A stretch of 64,000 nt of DNA, taken from positions 17,856,001 through 17,920,000 of the forward strand of contig OZ024758.1 in the NCBI GenBank assembly GCA_964016885.1, written 5' to 3'. Position 1 is the first letter of the stretch. Each line of letters begins with the position of its first letter. The notes under the pieces were generated by a model that saw only the letters and a list, made by a program, of their open reading frames with translations, was not told the DNA's origin and did no database searches. Position numbers and translations under genes: made by a program. Origin of the DNA: Eledone cirrhosa (Eukaryota). Shown piece by piece: positions 13,945 through 26,866 of this stretch.

Positions 13945-14670
13945 TAATAGTTTCTTATTTAGGCACAAGGCCAACAATTTGTCGATTACATCGACCCCCA
14001 AGGGCGGTAGATTGGCAGTATCGGTAGAGGGTCGGACGCCATGTTTTGCAGCAAAGAGTTACGGTCCTCTAAAATCTGAGTTCAAATCCCGCTGAGCTTA
14101 ACTTTGCCTTTCATCCTTACGGTATCGATAAAATAAAGTACCAGTAATGCACTGGGGAAATTGCTGGCCTTGTGCCAAAAGTAGAAACAATTATTTTATC
14201 AACCCCGTAAGGATGGAAGACAAAGCTAAAATCGGCGGGATTTGAACTCAGAACTTAAAGGGCCGCAATTCAATGCCGCGAAGTATGGTGTCCGACGCTC
14301 TACCCATACTGCCAATCCACTGCCTTTAGCTTAATTTTATAATGATTTCTACTATAGGGACAAGGCCAGTAATTTGGGGGAGGGGAAATTCGATTAAATC
14401 GACCCCAGTACGTTACTGTTGCTTTATTTTATCGACTCTGTAGGGATAAAAGACAAAGTTAACCTCGACGGGATTTGAACTCAGATCATAAAGGGCCGTA
14501 ACTCAATCTCACGAAGCATAGAGTTCGATGCTCTACCAATACTCTATCAATCCATCACCCTTAGCTGGCATTTATAATACATCATAGAATACTTAGAAGA
14601 ATAATTGTTTCTACTATTGACACAAGGCCAACAAATATCCCAGTGTATTACTGGTAGTTTATATTTTATC
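13945..14670. mobile_element. Cluster of ~5 SINE copies in both orientations
   Basis: Plus copy 14001-14195 followed by minus copies at ~14195-14325, 14340-14560 and 14600-14670. Confidence 0.85.
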
Positions 14671-14992
14671 TGAGATGAATACTTATGGTGAAATGAAGAA
14701 TATATTTGACCAACATCTGCACGAAGTTGATTTAAAATCTAATTTAGACACTTCAGTTTGCTTCTAAGCTTGACATTTTATTTGATACTTCTTATTTGAT
14801 TGGCTGTGTGTAGAATCTATTGGAATATAAAATATGTACAGGGACAGTCTGTGATAAAGGAGGGATTTATGCTGTAGAAAAGCTATATTTCATTTATTCT
14901 AGTCATCTCAATGAAGCAGTAACGTTTAAAACACTTACACACAGAAACAAACACGCACACACACACACACAGACACACACACACACACACAC

Positions 14993-15037
<45 letters not shown>

Positions 15038-15039
<2 letters not shown>

Positions 15040-15138
15040 GTATTTCCCGGCGCCGCAGACACTTCGTCCTCCAGGGAGCATAGTAGATTTTTGAGATTAT
15101 CTTATGCAAAAAGTAGTGACTTTGACGCCGGGAAATAC

Positions 15139-15140
<2 letters not shown>
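15038..15140. mobile_element. Tc1/mariner(pogo)-type MITE inserted in (TA)n
   Basis: Perfect 15-bp TIR CCGTATTTCCCGGCG / CGCCGGGAAATACGG, TA on both sides. Confidence 0.85.
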
Positions 15141-15194
<54 letters not shown>

Positions 15195-15199
<5 letters not shown>

Positions 15200-15310
15200 G
15201 TAACAGATTAAAGTATAAGCAAAGAATCGCTGCTTTCATCCTTAATGGGATCTTCTGAAATTTATCGAGGCCTCTTCGGATTTTAGGCATCACATTTATT
15301 ATTTTACTAT
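15195..15310 (-). mobile_element. (TA)n-flanked element with hammerhead-like motif (copy of 39830-39993)
   Basis: Minus: CAGAAGA-TCC cattaa GGA-T-GAAA-GCAGC; upstream PKIRRGLD resembles a GIY-YIG terminal GLN motif. Confidence 0.55.
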
Positions 15311-15317
15311 ATATATA

Positions 15318-15426
15318 GTGAGTGTGTTCTGTTATTAAATCTGGCAATATTATTACAATAATATGACCCTCCCCAAGTATAACAATATTTGTTTCGACAC
15401 ACGATTTCATATCACAAACCTCGCAA

Positions 15427-15432
<6 letters not shown>
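15318..15432 (+). mobile_element. (TA)n-flanked terminal fragment, homologous to 61385-61568
   Basis: AGTGAGTGTGTTCTGTTATT...CCCAAGTATAACAATATTTGTTTCGACACACGATTTCATATC..CCTCGCAAAA|TATA is the reverse complement of 61385-61497. Confidence 0.8.
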
Positions 15433-15462
<30 letters not shown>

Positions 15463-15539
15463 CATAAAATAAAAATGATGTGAATGACAGCGTGAGTGGA
15501 TAAAGCCCTGAAGCTCTCCTACTATCAGGTGCCTTGTGA

Positions 15540-16112
15540 ATAAGCAGCACAGGCTCGGTCATCTCATCAACAATTAGATGACAACAAAATGAATTGCATG
15601 AAAAATGGGCAACAGATATAAAGGAGCTTGCTATGAAATGCTATTTTCGTAGTGAACCAAACAGAAATGGATTCAGGCAAAAAAATTTGAATGTATGGAA
15701 GTATTTTGGATTGTTGAAATTGTTCATACAGGGACTTTCCGAGGAAGGGTTGGCAATAGAAATGAACCGGTAGAAATACAGAGAAATCTATTTTTGAAAT
15801 TGAAGTAGATGAGCCAGAATCTAACAAAAGAGATATAAATGAGCATTGAGAACTACAAATGGCGCAAGGAATTGATGAGTATGGAAACACTTATAAAGGA
15901 ATAATAGGAAACGTAGATGCTGCAATCAGAACAAATGAAAAAGACGATGAGAGATGATGGAGGCGATGACAGTGGGAGTTCGATTCTTCCACGTTCAAAT
16001 CATATCCTTGTGGTTGTGTTTATCAAGCCCTAGTGCAGTAATGAAATATATGTAAAAATAATTAACCACATGAACAAGAATAACAACAACAATAGCAATA
16101 GCAATAATAATT

Positions 16113-16162
<50 letters not shown>

Positions 16163-16223
16163 TTATATATATATTTATATATATATTTATATATATATTT
16201 ATATATATATTTATATATATATT

Positions 16224-16254
<31 letters not shown>

Positions 16255-16259
16255 ATATA

Positions 16260-16329
<70 letters not shown>

Positions 16330-16616
16330 CATACATACATATGCAAGAGATGTAAACATGAATGGACCTGTTATTTTTATCCAAATACATTTTTCCTATT
16401 CCAACCCGCCCGTCCCTTCAATCTATCTTATTGCTCATTCTTTCTTCTGATGAAGGACTAACATCCGAAACGTTAAGACCCTCTTCCTGCTATATCAAGC
16501 GTTAACCTAATATATCCCTTCCATACACTGTACCGATCGTGTTGTTGTTTCTGTTTACTTTTTTTTACACACACACATGCACACATACACATACACACAT
16601 ACATACATAAACACAC

Positions 16617-16685
<69 letters not shown>

Positions 16686-17225
16686 AACTCACTTACATAT
16701 ATAAAAAAAGGTAACTTGAATAGAATCTGAATTGAACAGGAAAGCGATGAGAAAATTCGGATCATGGATTTGTTAATTTTGCAATTGAAAATTACCAGTG
16801 GAATTCTCCACATTTGAGAAGAATTAACAGGAAAAGATTGAGGAAAACCACAGGGGATGTTAGTGATGTCAAATATTTTGTTCTTAACTCCATCATAGAA
16901 CTAAACAATATTCTTTTTGACTGCAGCTAATGTAGCAGCAAAAGAATGTGGTTCTTAACTAATGCAGAGGATGTGATGAGAACCATTGTAGAAAAGGTGA
17001 ATTGAAAATAAAATAAAGCAACTTAGGTGAGATTTAAGCAAACTAAAAAGTATAGAAAGCCAGATAAAATGAGAAACATAGAACTGGAAAGAGACAAGGA
17101 AAGGAAATATACAGTGTATACTAAAGGGATACGTGCTTTCATTGAAGAAATCAAACAAAAGGCTGAAGCAGCTGATAAGAAGATACAGTAATAGGACTAA
17201 TCATTTCGATCAAACGAAAATATTC
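15540..17225 (+). pseudogene. Decayed N-terminal region of an R4/Dong-like non-LTR element, interrupted at ~16030-16690
   Basis: KWATDIKELAMKCYFRSEPNRNGFRQK.LNVW (~15605-15700) and EPL*KR*IENKIKQLR*DLSKL...FIEEIKQK (~16980-17160), with stops and frameshifts. Confidence 0.6.
16443..16478 (+). ncRNA. Minimal type-I hammerhead ribozyme
   Basis: TCTT-CTGATGA-A-GGA ctaaca TCC-GAAA-CG-TT|AAGA: intact core, stem I TCTT/AAGA, palindromic stem III AACGTT. Confidence 0.85.
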
Positions 17226-17227
17226 CT

Positions 17228-18152
17228 AAATAATTGTTTCTACTTTTAGGCACAAGGCCAGCAATTACCCAGTGCATTACTGGGACTTTTTTTTATCGAC
17301 CCCGTAAGGATGAAAGGCAAAGTTAACCTAAATAATTGTTTCTACTTTAGGCACAAGGCCAGCAATTACCCAGTGCATTACTGGGACTTTTTTTTATCGA
17401 CCTCGTAAGGATGAAATGCAAAGTTAACCTAAATAATTGTTTCTACTTTAGGCACAAGGCCAGCAATTACCCAGTGCATTACTGGGACTTTTTTTTATCG
17501 ACCTCGTAAGGATGAAATGCAAAGTTAACCTAAATAATTGTTTCTACTTTAGGCACAAGGCCAGCAATTACCCAGTTCATTACTGGGACTTTTTTTTATC
17601 GACCTCGTAAGGATGAAATGCAAAGTTAACCTAAATAATTGTTTCTACTTTAGGCACAAGGCCAGCAATTACCCAGTGCATTACTGGGACTTTTTTTTAT
17701 CGACCTCGTAAGGATGAAATGCAAAGTTAACCTAAATAATTGTTTCTACTTTTAGGCACAAGGCCAGCAATTACCCAGTGCATTACTGGGACTTTTTTTT
17801 ATCGACCTCGTAAGGATGAAATGCAAAGTTAACCTAAATAATTGTTTCTACTTTAGGCACAAGGCCAGCAATTACCCAGTGCATTACTGGTACATTATTC
17901 TATCGACCCGGTAAGGATGAAAGGCAAAGTTAACCTCGGCGGGATTTGAACTCAGATCGTAAAGGGACGTAACTATGCTGGAAAGCATGGCGTCCGACCC
18001 TCCACCGATACTGCCAATTCACCGAAATAATGATTTCTAGTATAGGCAGAAGGCCAGTAATTTGGGGGGAGAGGAAAGTAATTAAATGGACTCCAGTACG
18101 TTACTGGTGCTTTATTTTATAGACTCCCGTAAGGTTGAAAGGCGAAGTTAAC
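17228..18152 (-). repeat. Tandem array of 7 x ~101-bp SINE 3' halves attached to a complete SINE, plus an adjacent partial SINE
   Basis: Near-identical units TAAATAATTGTTTCTACTTTAGGCACAAGG...GCAAAGTTAACC at ~17228, 17330, 17430, 17531, 17632, 17733, 17835. Confidence 0.92.
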
Positions 18153-18270
18153 GTATTTCGTCAAGGAGCTCTCCCTTAATTATATATATATTTATATATA
18201 TATACATGTATAATACAATTAAACAAGGACGAGTGGATTCTCCTTCATTACATTACACTCCCTGCATATA

Positions 18271-18603
<333 letters not shown>

Positions 18604-18623
18604 TTATATATATATATATATAT

Positions 18624-18826
18624 GTGTTTATATGAAAAGTGTAATTTTCTACACAAAACGAAGGTTATAGAGAAAATTGAGGTTGGTAATGGCACATGGA
18701 ATATATAAGAGACAGAATACTTTTTTGTGAAAAAACATATAATTTTATAAGGTAAGGAAATAATAAAGGGTATAAAAAATGACCGGTTTCGATGGGTCTG
18801 CAAAAGCCATCTTTTCATATAAACAA
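18624..18826 (-). mobile_element. TA-flanked element with degenerate hammerhead motif and 15-bp terminal inverted repeat
   Basis: Minus: ATGAAAA-GATGG..CCATC-GAAA-CCGG-TC; TGTTTATATGAAAAG / CTTTTCATATAAACA at the ends. Confidence 0.5.
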
Positions 18827-18922
18827 GTTCTCAACACAAATGTATGCCACTATGTGTTTATATATATATATATTATATGTTTATATATATATATGAATAT
18901 ATATATATATATATATATATGG

Positions 18923-18953
<31 letters not shown>

Positions 18954-19000
18954 CATATATATATTTATATATGTATATATATATATATATTTATATATAT

Positions 19001-19378
19001 GTAGATAAATCTACCAAGAGTTTACGGTAGTGTCCAATCCGTATGAAGAACTCAATGTAGTCCGGATATCATGGAAAGAAGAGATGCAATGAAAAATCAC
19101 TTTCGGTGAAAGATAAACGGAATACAGAGTCAAGATAAAATATTAAAAAAATAATGAATAAAACAATGAAACAGTTCCTTATATTAAACAAAAAAAGTTC
19201 ATTATTTAACGATCGTTTCTAGGATATATATGTGTTAGAATTGGCATGCATATTCAACAGATCTATGTACAAAATTATACAATATATATCCTAGAAACGA
19301 TCGTTAAATAATGAACTTTTTTTGTTTAATATAAGGAACTGTTTCATTGTTTTATTCATTATTTTTTTAATATTTTAT
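19001..19378 (-). mobile_element. Fold-back element between (TA)n runs with hammerhead 3' half
   Basis: ~95-bp arms 19136-19231 / 19282-19378, each with GAAA-CGATCG-TT near the apex; 135-bp unpaired tail. Confidence 0.75.
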
Positions 19379-19397
19379 ATTTATATATATATATATT

Positions 19398-19430
<33 letters not shown>

Positions 19431-19433
19431 ATT

Positions 19434-19486
<53 letters not shown>

Positions 19487-19509
19487 ATATATTTATATAT
19501 ACATATATA

Positions 19510-19735
<226 letters not shown>

Positions 19736-19789
19736 TGGGTACATGCTGAAGCATATAAACAATATGCCCCCCCCCCCACACACCGCAAG

Positions 19790-20050
19790 GTGGTCGTGGA
19801 GGTGCCACGGCAAAAAGGCACCCAGCCCACACTGTAAAGTGGACGTGTAGGCGCCACGAAAAAGCACCCAGCACTCACTGTAAATGAGGTTGGTGTTAGG
19901 AAGGGCATCCAGCTGTAGAAATCAAGCCAGATCAGTTCCTGTATGAGCAAGGCATGGTCAGCCGACCAGACACTGCCCACAACAGGACAACCCGTCTAAC
20001 CCATGCTAGCGTGGAAGAACGGACGTAAAACGGTGATGATGATGATGATG
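19790..20050 (+). mobile_element. Second SINE family, 3' part with (GAT)n tail
   Basis: GGTTGGTGTTAGGAAGGGCATCCAGCTGTAGAA...AACCCATGCTAGCGTGGAAGAACGGACGTAAAACGG(TGA)n; internal direct repeat AAAAGCACCCAGC..CACTGTAAA. Confidence 0.65.
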
Positions 20051-20107
<57 letters not shown>

Positions 20108-20153
20108 AATGTATATATATATATTTATATATATATATATATATATATTAATG

Positions 20154-20227
<74 letters not shown>

Positions 20228-20239
20228 TGTATATATATA

Positions 20240-20275
<36 letters not shown>

Positions 20276-20287
20276 TGTATATATATA

Positions 20288-20319
<32 letters not shown>

Positions 20320-20350
20320 AATGTATATATATATATTTATATATATATAT

Positions 20351-20800
20351 ATACGATATATTAACAAATGGAAACTATATTTATAAAACCATATTTATAT
20401 CATTATACATATTTCAAGGACACCAAGTCAAAATTATGGTGCGCTTTCATCAGATAGAATATAATATAGATCAGTTTTATAAATAAATATTGACTTATGC
20501 TATACAAACTTAGATTATAACAGTCACAACTCTATAACAGGTGGATTTATGAGATATATAACATTTATAAAATTCTAACTTACTATTAAAGAATATAAGG
20601 TTTCTATAATCTTAACTTTCTTTTATTATCTTAACATTTATAACATTTAATATAAGTAAATAACTTAATTTCCTTCACGCTGTATTGCTATTACATAGAA
20701 ACGATTTTTCTCTGATTTCTCCGAAAAATCTATGATCTTCCATAAGCTTTGAAAAATTCCTACATCTTAAACAACAAATCTTTTATTGTATATATATATG

Positions 20801-20867
<67 letters not shown>

Positions 20868-21640
20868 ATATATATATATATATGAATATATTCTTTTTTA
20901 ATAATATATAGATTTTTTAATAATATATAGTTTTTAATAATATATAGATTCTAATAATATATAGATCTCAATTTTAATGTATAGATCTCAATAATTTAAT
21001 TGATAATTTAATTGATAAATTAAACATTTAATCAAATTTAAACATTAGATAACATTCTCCGGTTATTATTATTTATTTATTTTCTATTCACGCTTATTTA
21101 CTCTGCCTAACTCATCCAATAAATATTTATTTTTTCGCTTCATTTTAAAATTTACGTTAATTCAACATATCACTTAGGGCTTTCTCCTTCTCTTTCTCTT
21201 GTTTTCTTCTTTTCCACTTAGAGTTTGCTCTTTCTTTTCTCTTTTTCTTTTCTTTCTCTTTTCCTTTTTTCTTTTTCAATACTCCAACGGCCTATTTTAA
21301 ATCTACTGTGATTTAAACATATCCGACACTAATTTGCATAATAGACTAGATAAATTTAATAACCCCACTATCCGGGAGCTTCCAACAGAAACGGGCGCAT
21401 TCTTTAAGGGTATGTCAATATTTATTTATAAAACTGATCTATATTATATTCTATCTGAGGAAAGCGCACCATAATTTGACTTGGTGTCCTTGAAATATAT
21501 ATAATGAAATAAATATGGTTTTATAAATATAGTTTCCATTTGTTAATATATCGTATTTTTACTCCAATAATTTGTTGAGTGCTTTATATCAGTTATAAAA
21601 ATATTTGCTTGTTGTATCCCAACAATTTAAATATAACTTC

Positions 21641-21643
<3 letters not shown>
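20351..21643 (+). mobile_element. Penelope-like 3' segment with inverted pLTR, both arms carrying a hammerhead core
   Basis: Inverted arms 20351-20494 / 21414-21556; CTGA(T/G)GA-AAG CGCACCA..TGGTGTC CTT-GAAA; 87-bp tail then (TA)n; homologous to 58969-59720. Confidence 0.75.
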
Positions 21644-21736
<93 letters not shown>

Positions 21737-21875
21737 AGTAATGAGATAGACACACAGATACATAAGTATATGTGTATGTGGTGTACAGCCTTGACCAGTT
21801 TTGCTCAATTACCAAAAGAGTTAAATGATTACACACACATACACACACACATACATACATACATACATACATATA

Positions 21876-22239
21876 TGGTGGCTGCCAACTCGTTTTCGAG
21901 TACGGCCACCACTTTATATCCATGTAGGAGAACCCCTACTGATGCGCTGAACAAGTGTGACTTTTTAGTCAAGCCAGCGACTTGAAAACTCTGGTACAAA
22001 CACTACACTTGTGACAATTATTGACACATAGTGCTGGGACATGGTACCATGTTATGACAAGTGCAGAGAGATCTCCAGATATAAAGCAATGCCTGTGGCC
22101 TGAAGTTTTTATAGTGAGCAAAGGCACTGCACAAAGCCAGTCCCACTCTCTTAATAAAGATGATATTTACCAAAAAGAAGAACAAGTCAACATCATTGGA
22201 TACCATCAGGGTTGCAGGTGTTATATCAGAGTTTTCCTT
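21876..22239 (+). mobile_element. Dispersed repeat copy B, between (CATA)n-type runs
   Basis: Closely similar to 1-263. Confidence 0.7.
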
Positions 22240-22374
22240 CATATATACATATATACATATATACATATATACATATATACATATATACATACATACATAT
22301 TAAATGTACAAGAAAAAACAACCCCTAGGCGTGAAGTATAGAAAAAAGTGAAGAATTTTATCAAAAGTTCACTC

Positions 22375-22487
22375 TTTAACATATGTTTCAATACAATATA
22401 AGTCTACATAGTGCTGGTTTTATATTAATATCATCATTATTATGATCATTCACTAGCAATAAATTAATTATTACATTTCTTCAGAAA
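22375..22487 (-). ncRNA. Hammerhead motif with large loop II
   Basis: Minus: TTT-CTGAAGA-AATGTAAT...ATTGTATT-GAAA-CATATG-TT-AAA; tail runs to a microsatellite at ~22290. Confidence 0.6.
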
Positions 22488-23479
22488 TTTTTCAAAAAGA
22501 TTTCAAAGTACCAGGTAAGTTTGTTGCATCTCGCAGTAAAGATATTTCTACTGCTATCCACTCTGAATAAAAGGCAACTGGACTAAGTCGTCCACACAAT
22601 TCTTCCATCGTAGATATGTAACAATATTAACAAACAAATTCATGTTACATAATATCAATTCCAAACATAATTCTTACCCAAGAGGCATTTGTGTACACAA
22701 AATATGATCTAAGGATAAAACATTTTACTAGACTACTATCGTATTGAGATGCAGCATTATTTGAAAATATTAGGTTTGAGTGTGTAGACGGGACAACAAT
22801 ACAATATATGGTGAGCATGATATATAGTATGACCTGAATGCTACGAACTTCCTGTTTAATGCAGCTTCTAATGCACATAATTGCATTAAACACGAAACAT
22901 TTGCTCCATGTGTCACTGGCAGAGCTATGTAGCCTTAGCGAATTTGAAAAAAAATATTATTCAGTTGAAAATATAAAAAAAAATTTATATTTTTAAAGTT
23001 GAAAATCGTGTTTATTCATTCAGAACTGATACAATGTCTTGGAGAGAGAAGTTATCCTAACAAAATTTTAAACCTAATTTAGATTTGTGTTTTTTTTTCT
23101 TTTTCCTTGGCTTCCAAACGATTTATTGATTCTTAAAACTGACGACCAGAATATTGACATCTGTCACAGAATGGCAGAATGTTCATTCAAGTAATAAGTT
23201 TGTATCACGTATATTGAATGGACAAATATAGACACACTGTCATTGGTTGGCCGTTTTGAATTCATAGTTGCTCTGCTCTGCTCTAACTGTAAAACTGAAT
23301 TTGAAAAATATGGAATATTACATAAAGTGTCAGTCATTATTAAAACCATCGATATTACCAATATCATCGTCATCACCATCATCATAATTATTTCTTACTT
23401 ATTCTTGCACCACTCTAGCTTCAAATTCTGCAGTTCCATACCTCTATTATGCTCATCTTAGTCATTATTACCATAGTCG

Positions 23480-23670
23480 TCGGACATCATGCTTTGCGCC
23501 ATAGAGTTACCGCCCTTCCCGTTCTGAGTTCAAATCTCGCCGAGGTTACCTTTGCCTTTCATATTTACGGAGTCGATAAAATAAAGCACCAGTCACGTAC
23601 TGGGGTCGATTTAATCGACTTTCCCCTTCCTCAAAATTGCTGCTCTTGTGCCTCTAATAGAAATCTTTAT
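23480..23670 (+). mobile_element. tRNA-head SINE
   Basis: SINE B-box and body motifs. Confidence 0.85.
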
Positions 23671-24309
23671 TAAGCTAGTGTATGGGAGAAAATAACACCT
23701 GAGGAATTCGTAATGGCGTTACATTTATGTGACGCCATTACGACATCCTCAGGTGTTACGGGACCATTCATACAAGGTGTTTTCCACAATGGTCATGTAC
23801 TACTTAATATTTATTGAAGAAAAAGAAACATAGCAAAGCGTATTACAAATTATCAGTTCACGTTTCAAATTTCCTCATCAGAACTACAGATTTATAAAAT
23901 CAAACATTTGTCTTGCGCTATGATCGCCTATTCTGTTGCTAAACATTAAATTCATGTACAATTTGTTGCTTTTACAACAGACAATAGATAGAATATAGCC
24001 GAAGGGTTTGTATCAACTAACAATGTCTTTTGTATGCCTTACAAAACACTGGTGCAAACACAATTGTTATAAAAGTAAAAAGAGCTGATCGTTAGTTATG
24101 TCTGAGAAAATTATGATTTCCTTGATCTTTTCATTGCTGATACTATCTACCTAGTATAATTCCTGACACAAGCGACGCAGCTTTTCCGGTTACAGAGGGC
24201 AGATTTGAAACCAGATCGCTCAGACTTAGAACACATACAGCAAATCTCCATCAACTCTAACAATTCCGACAATGCCCTCTCCTGGACTCATACTTTATTT
24301 ATCGACTTA

Positions 24310-24950
24310 GAGAAGATGATGAGATTTGACGGATGTTACACGAGGATGTTGATAATGGCTCTCAACATTTCTTGGAAACAGAAGCTGACAAATAAGGAAC
24401 TATACAGATCACTGCCACCAGTCTCAAAAAAGTAGCCTGCAGACGAATGAAACTGGCTGGACACTGCATCCGTCATCCAGAAGAGACAGCATCTCAACTT
24501 GTGCTCTAGAAAGCGGCAGTCTGACGAAGAAGCGTGGGAAGACAGGCCCTCTCATTCATGGAGTTCTTCATTTGTAAATATCTTGTTAAAATCATTGTTA
24601 GAAGATCGTTTTAACCTTCTTGTTGCCAACATTTCTTGGAAACAGAAGATGTCAAATAAGGAACTATACAGATCACTACCACCAGTCTCAAAAAAAGTTT
24701 CCTGCAGACGAATGAAACTGGCTGGACACTGCATCCGTCATCTCATCCAGAAGAGATAGCATCACAACTTGTGATCTAGAAACCGGAGCTCGGACGAAGA
24801 ACCCGTGGGGAGAAAAGCCGTCTCATTCATTGATACTCTGCTGAGAGATGCCACCATTGATAACATCGATGAACTGAGAAATGTCATGCTCGACTGGGAC
24901 GATTGAAGAAAGCGTGCTGAATCTTGATGAGTGTAAACTCGGCCGAAGGA
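24310..24950 (+). mobile_element. RTE-type LINE 3' fragment with internal duplication
   Basis: DGCYTRML.MALNISWKQKLTNKELYRSLPPVSKK..RRMKLAGHCIRH; 24363-24510 is duplicated at 24627-24780. Confidence 0.8.
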
Positions 24951-25051
24951 GAAGATGAAATGTAGCAAAACTTTAAATCAAGAAAGGGGTCATTCTTTAT
25001 AGTGAACCAAAATCGTTGTCTTTTTAGTCCTTCGATTGCTAACATTGTTTA

Positions 25052-26170
25052 AGGGCAGTGGATTGGCAGTATCGGTAGAACGTCAAGCATCATGCTTTGC
25101 GACATAGAATTACGGCCCTTTACGTTCTGTTTTCAAAACCCACTGAGGTTACCTTTGCCTTTCATCCTTACGGGGTCGATCAAATAAAGTAACGTTAATA
25201 CACTGGAGTCGATTTAATCGATTTTCCCTGCCCCAAAATGGTTGGACTTGTACCTAAATCAGAAATAATTATTTACCGCAAATCATCTAATATTTTAACA
25301 ATTCTGTCAATACACAGTTCCTAAATTATTACTTTATTTATCGAATACGTGGTTGATAAAATAAAGTACCAGTAATGCATTGTTGACCTTGTGCTTATAT
25401 CAGAAAACAATATTTGCCTGTGTTTCTATATGGGGCAATGGATTAGCAGTAGCAGTATCGGTAGAGCGTTGGACAACATCCTTTATTGCATAGTTACGGC
25501 CCATTACCATCTGCGTTCAAATCTTGCCGAGGTTAACTTTGGCTTTCATCATTACGGGGTCAATAAAATAAAGTACCAGTCACGCACAAGGGTCGATTTA
25601 ATCGACTTTCCCCTCTTTCCAAATAACTGGCCCTGTGACTATATAAGAAATCATTATTACTATTATTAAGATTGGATTGGCAGTATCAGTAGAGAGTCGG
25701 ACGCCATGCTTTGAAGCATAGAGTTACGTCCCTTTACGGTCTGATTTCAAATCTCGCCGAGGTTAACTTTGCCTTTCACGGGGTCGATAAAATAAAGTTC
25801 CAGTAATGTACTGAGTAATTGCTGGCCTTGTGCCCAAAGTAGAAACAATTATTATTAAGAGTGGATTAATGGTGGATTCGCAGTATCAGTAGAGGGTCGG
25901 ACGCCATGCTTTGCATTAAAGAGTTACAGCTCTTTATGGTCTGAGTTCAAATCCCACCGAGGTTAACTTTGCCTTTCATCCTGACGGGGCCGATAAAATA
26001 AAGTTCCAGCAATGTACTGGGTAATTGCTGGCCTTGTGCCAAACGTAGAAACAATTATTGTTATTAAGAATCGATAAAACAAAGTACCAGTAATGCACTG
26101 CGGTTGATGTAATCGACTTTCCCCTCCTCCAAAATTGTTGGCCTTGTGCCAATATAAGAAACCAATATTT
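25052..26170 (+). mobile_element. Chain of ~6 SINE copies/fragments
   Basis: Repeated SINE head, body and ATT-tail motifs. Confidence 0.88.
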
Positions 26171-26501
26171 ATACGTGGTTTTGTATCGTGCGGTAAAAGG
26201 TTAAATTTCTCTATTGTTTGTAGTCTCTTAAATATACAGCAGACCATAAATTGAATATTGGATAAGTATGTGCCTCCAGTAACGATGTCCATTGTCTCTC
26301 TTTTAAAAAGACTAACAGCAAACATAGACGATATAATGCCATATAAACAGGTAATTGATATACTGATGGATTGTTTACAAGAGACGTATATGAAAGGAAT
26401 AGATACATACACAGACACAAATAAGCCTGCGCAAATGTACACGAACATATGCTTTGTCTGAGAAAGGGCTGTCCACCTTGCTTAGCCAGCATTCAAGCTT
26501 G

Positions 26502-26577
26502 TTATCTATCTATCTATCTATCGACCTATCGATATATGTTTTTGTCGTTCTCTCTATCTCTCCATCTACCTACCTAC

Positions 26578-26644
<67 letters not shown>

Positions 26645-26729
26645 CCTGTCTATCCACCTATCTCTCCATATATCTATCTCTGCATCGACCTATGTAAATA
26701 TCTACCTATCTACGCATCTATCTATCTAT
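26502..26729. repeat. (CTAT)n / GATA microsatellite
   Basis: Perfect and degenerate CTAT units; continues at 27660-27930 and 33630-33643. Confidence 0.92.
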
Positions 26730-26851
26730 TGGGGATTTCGATTGTTATAATTGTTTGTTTCAATATGTTTACACGACTGTATGGAAAATCCCCGGCATGT
26801 GTCTTTGTATTGTGCCCTTTTCTTGTGCGCCCTTGTGGCAAATAAAGAAAT
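26730..26851 (+). mobile_element. Tx1-like element, 3' UTR-only copy
   Basis: Ends GCCCTTGTGGCAAATAAAGAAATA|TATCTA, like the other two copies; CTAT on both sides. Confidence 0.7.
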
Positions 26852-26866
26852 ATATCTATGTATCTA

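Noticed and set aside
17228-17935. CRISPR-like array
   Set aside because: Units are contiguous and near-identical with no unique spacers, derive from a SINE, and the context is eukaryotic
23855-23885. Hammerhead AGTT-CTGATGA-ggaaattt-GAAA-CG-TG-AACT (minus)
   Set aside because: Stem II is weak, the cleavage position is G, and it is not microsatellite-flanked; could be decay or chance
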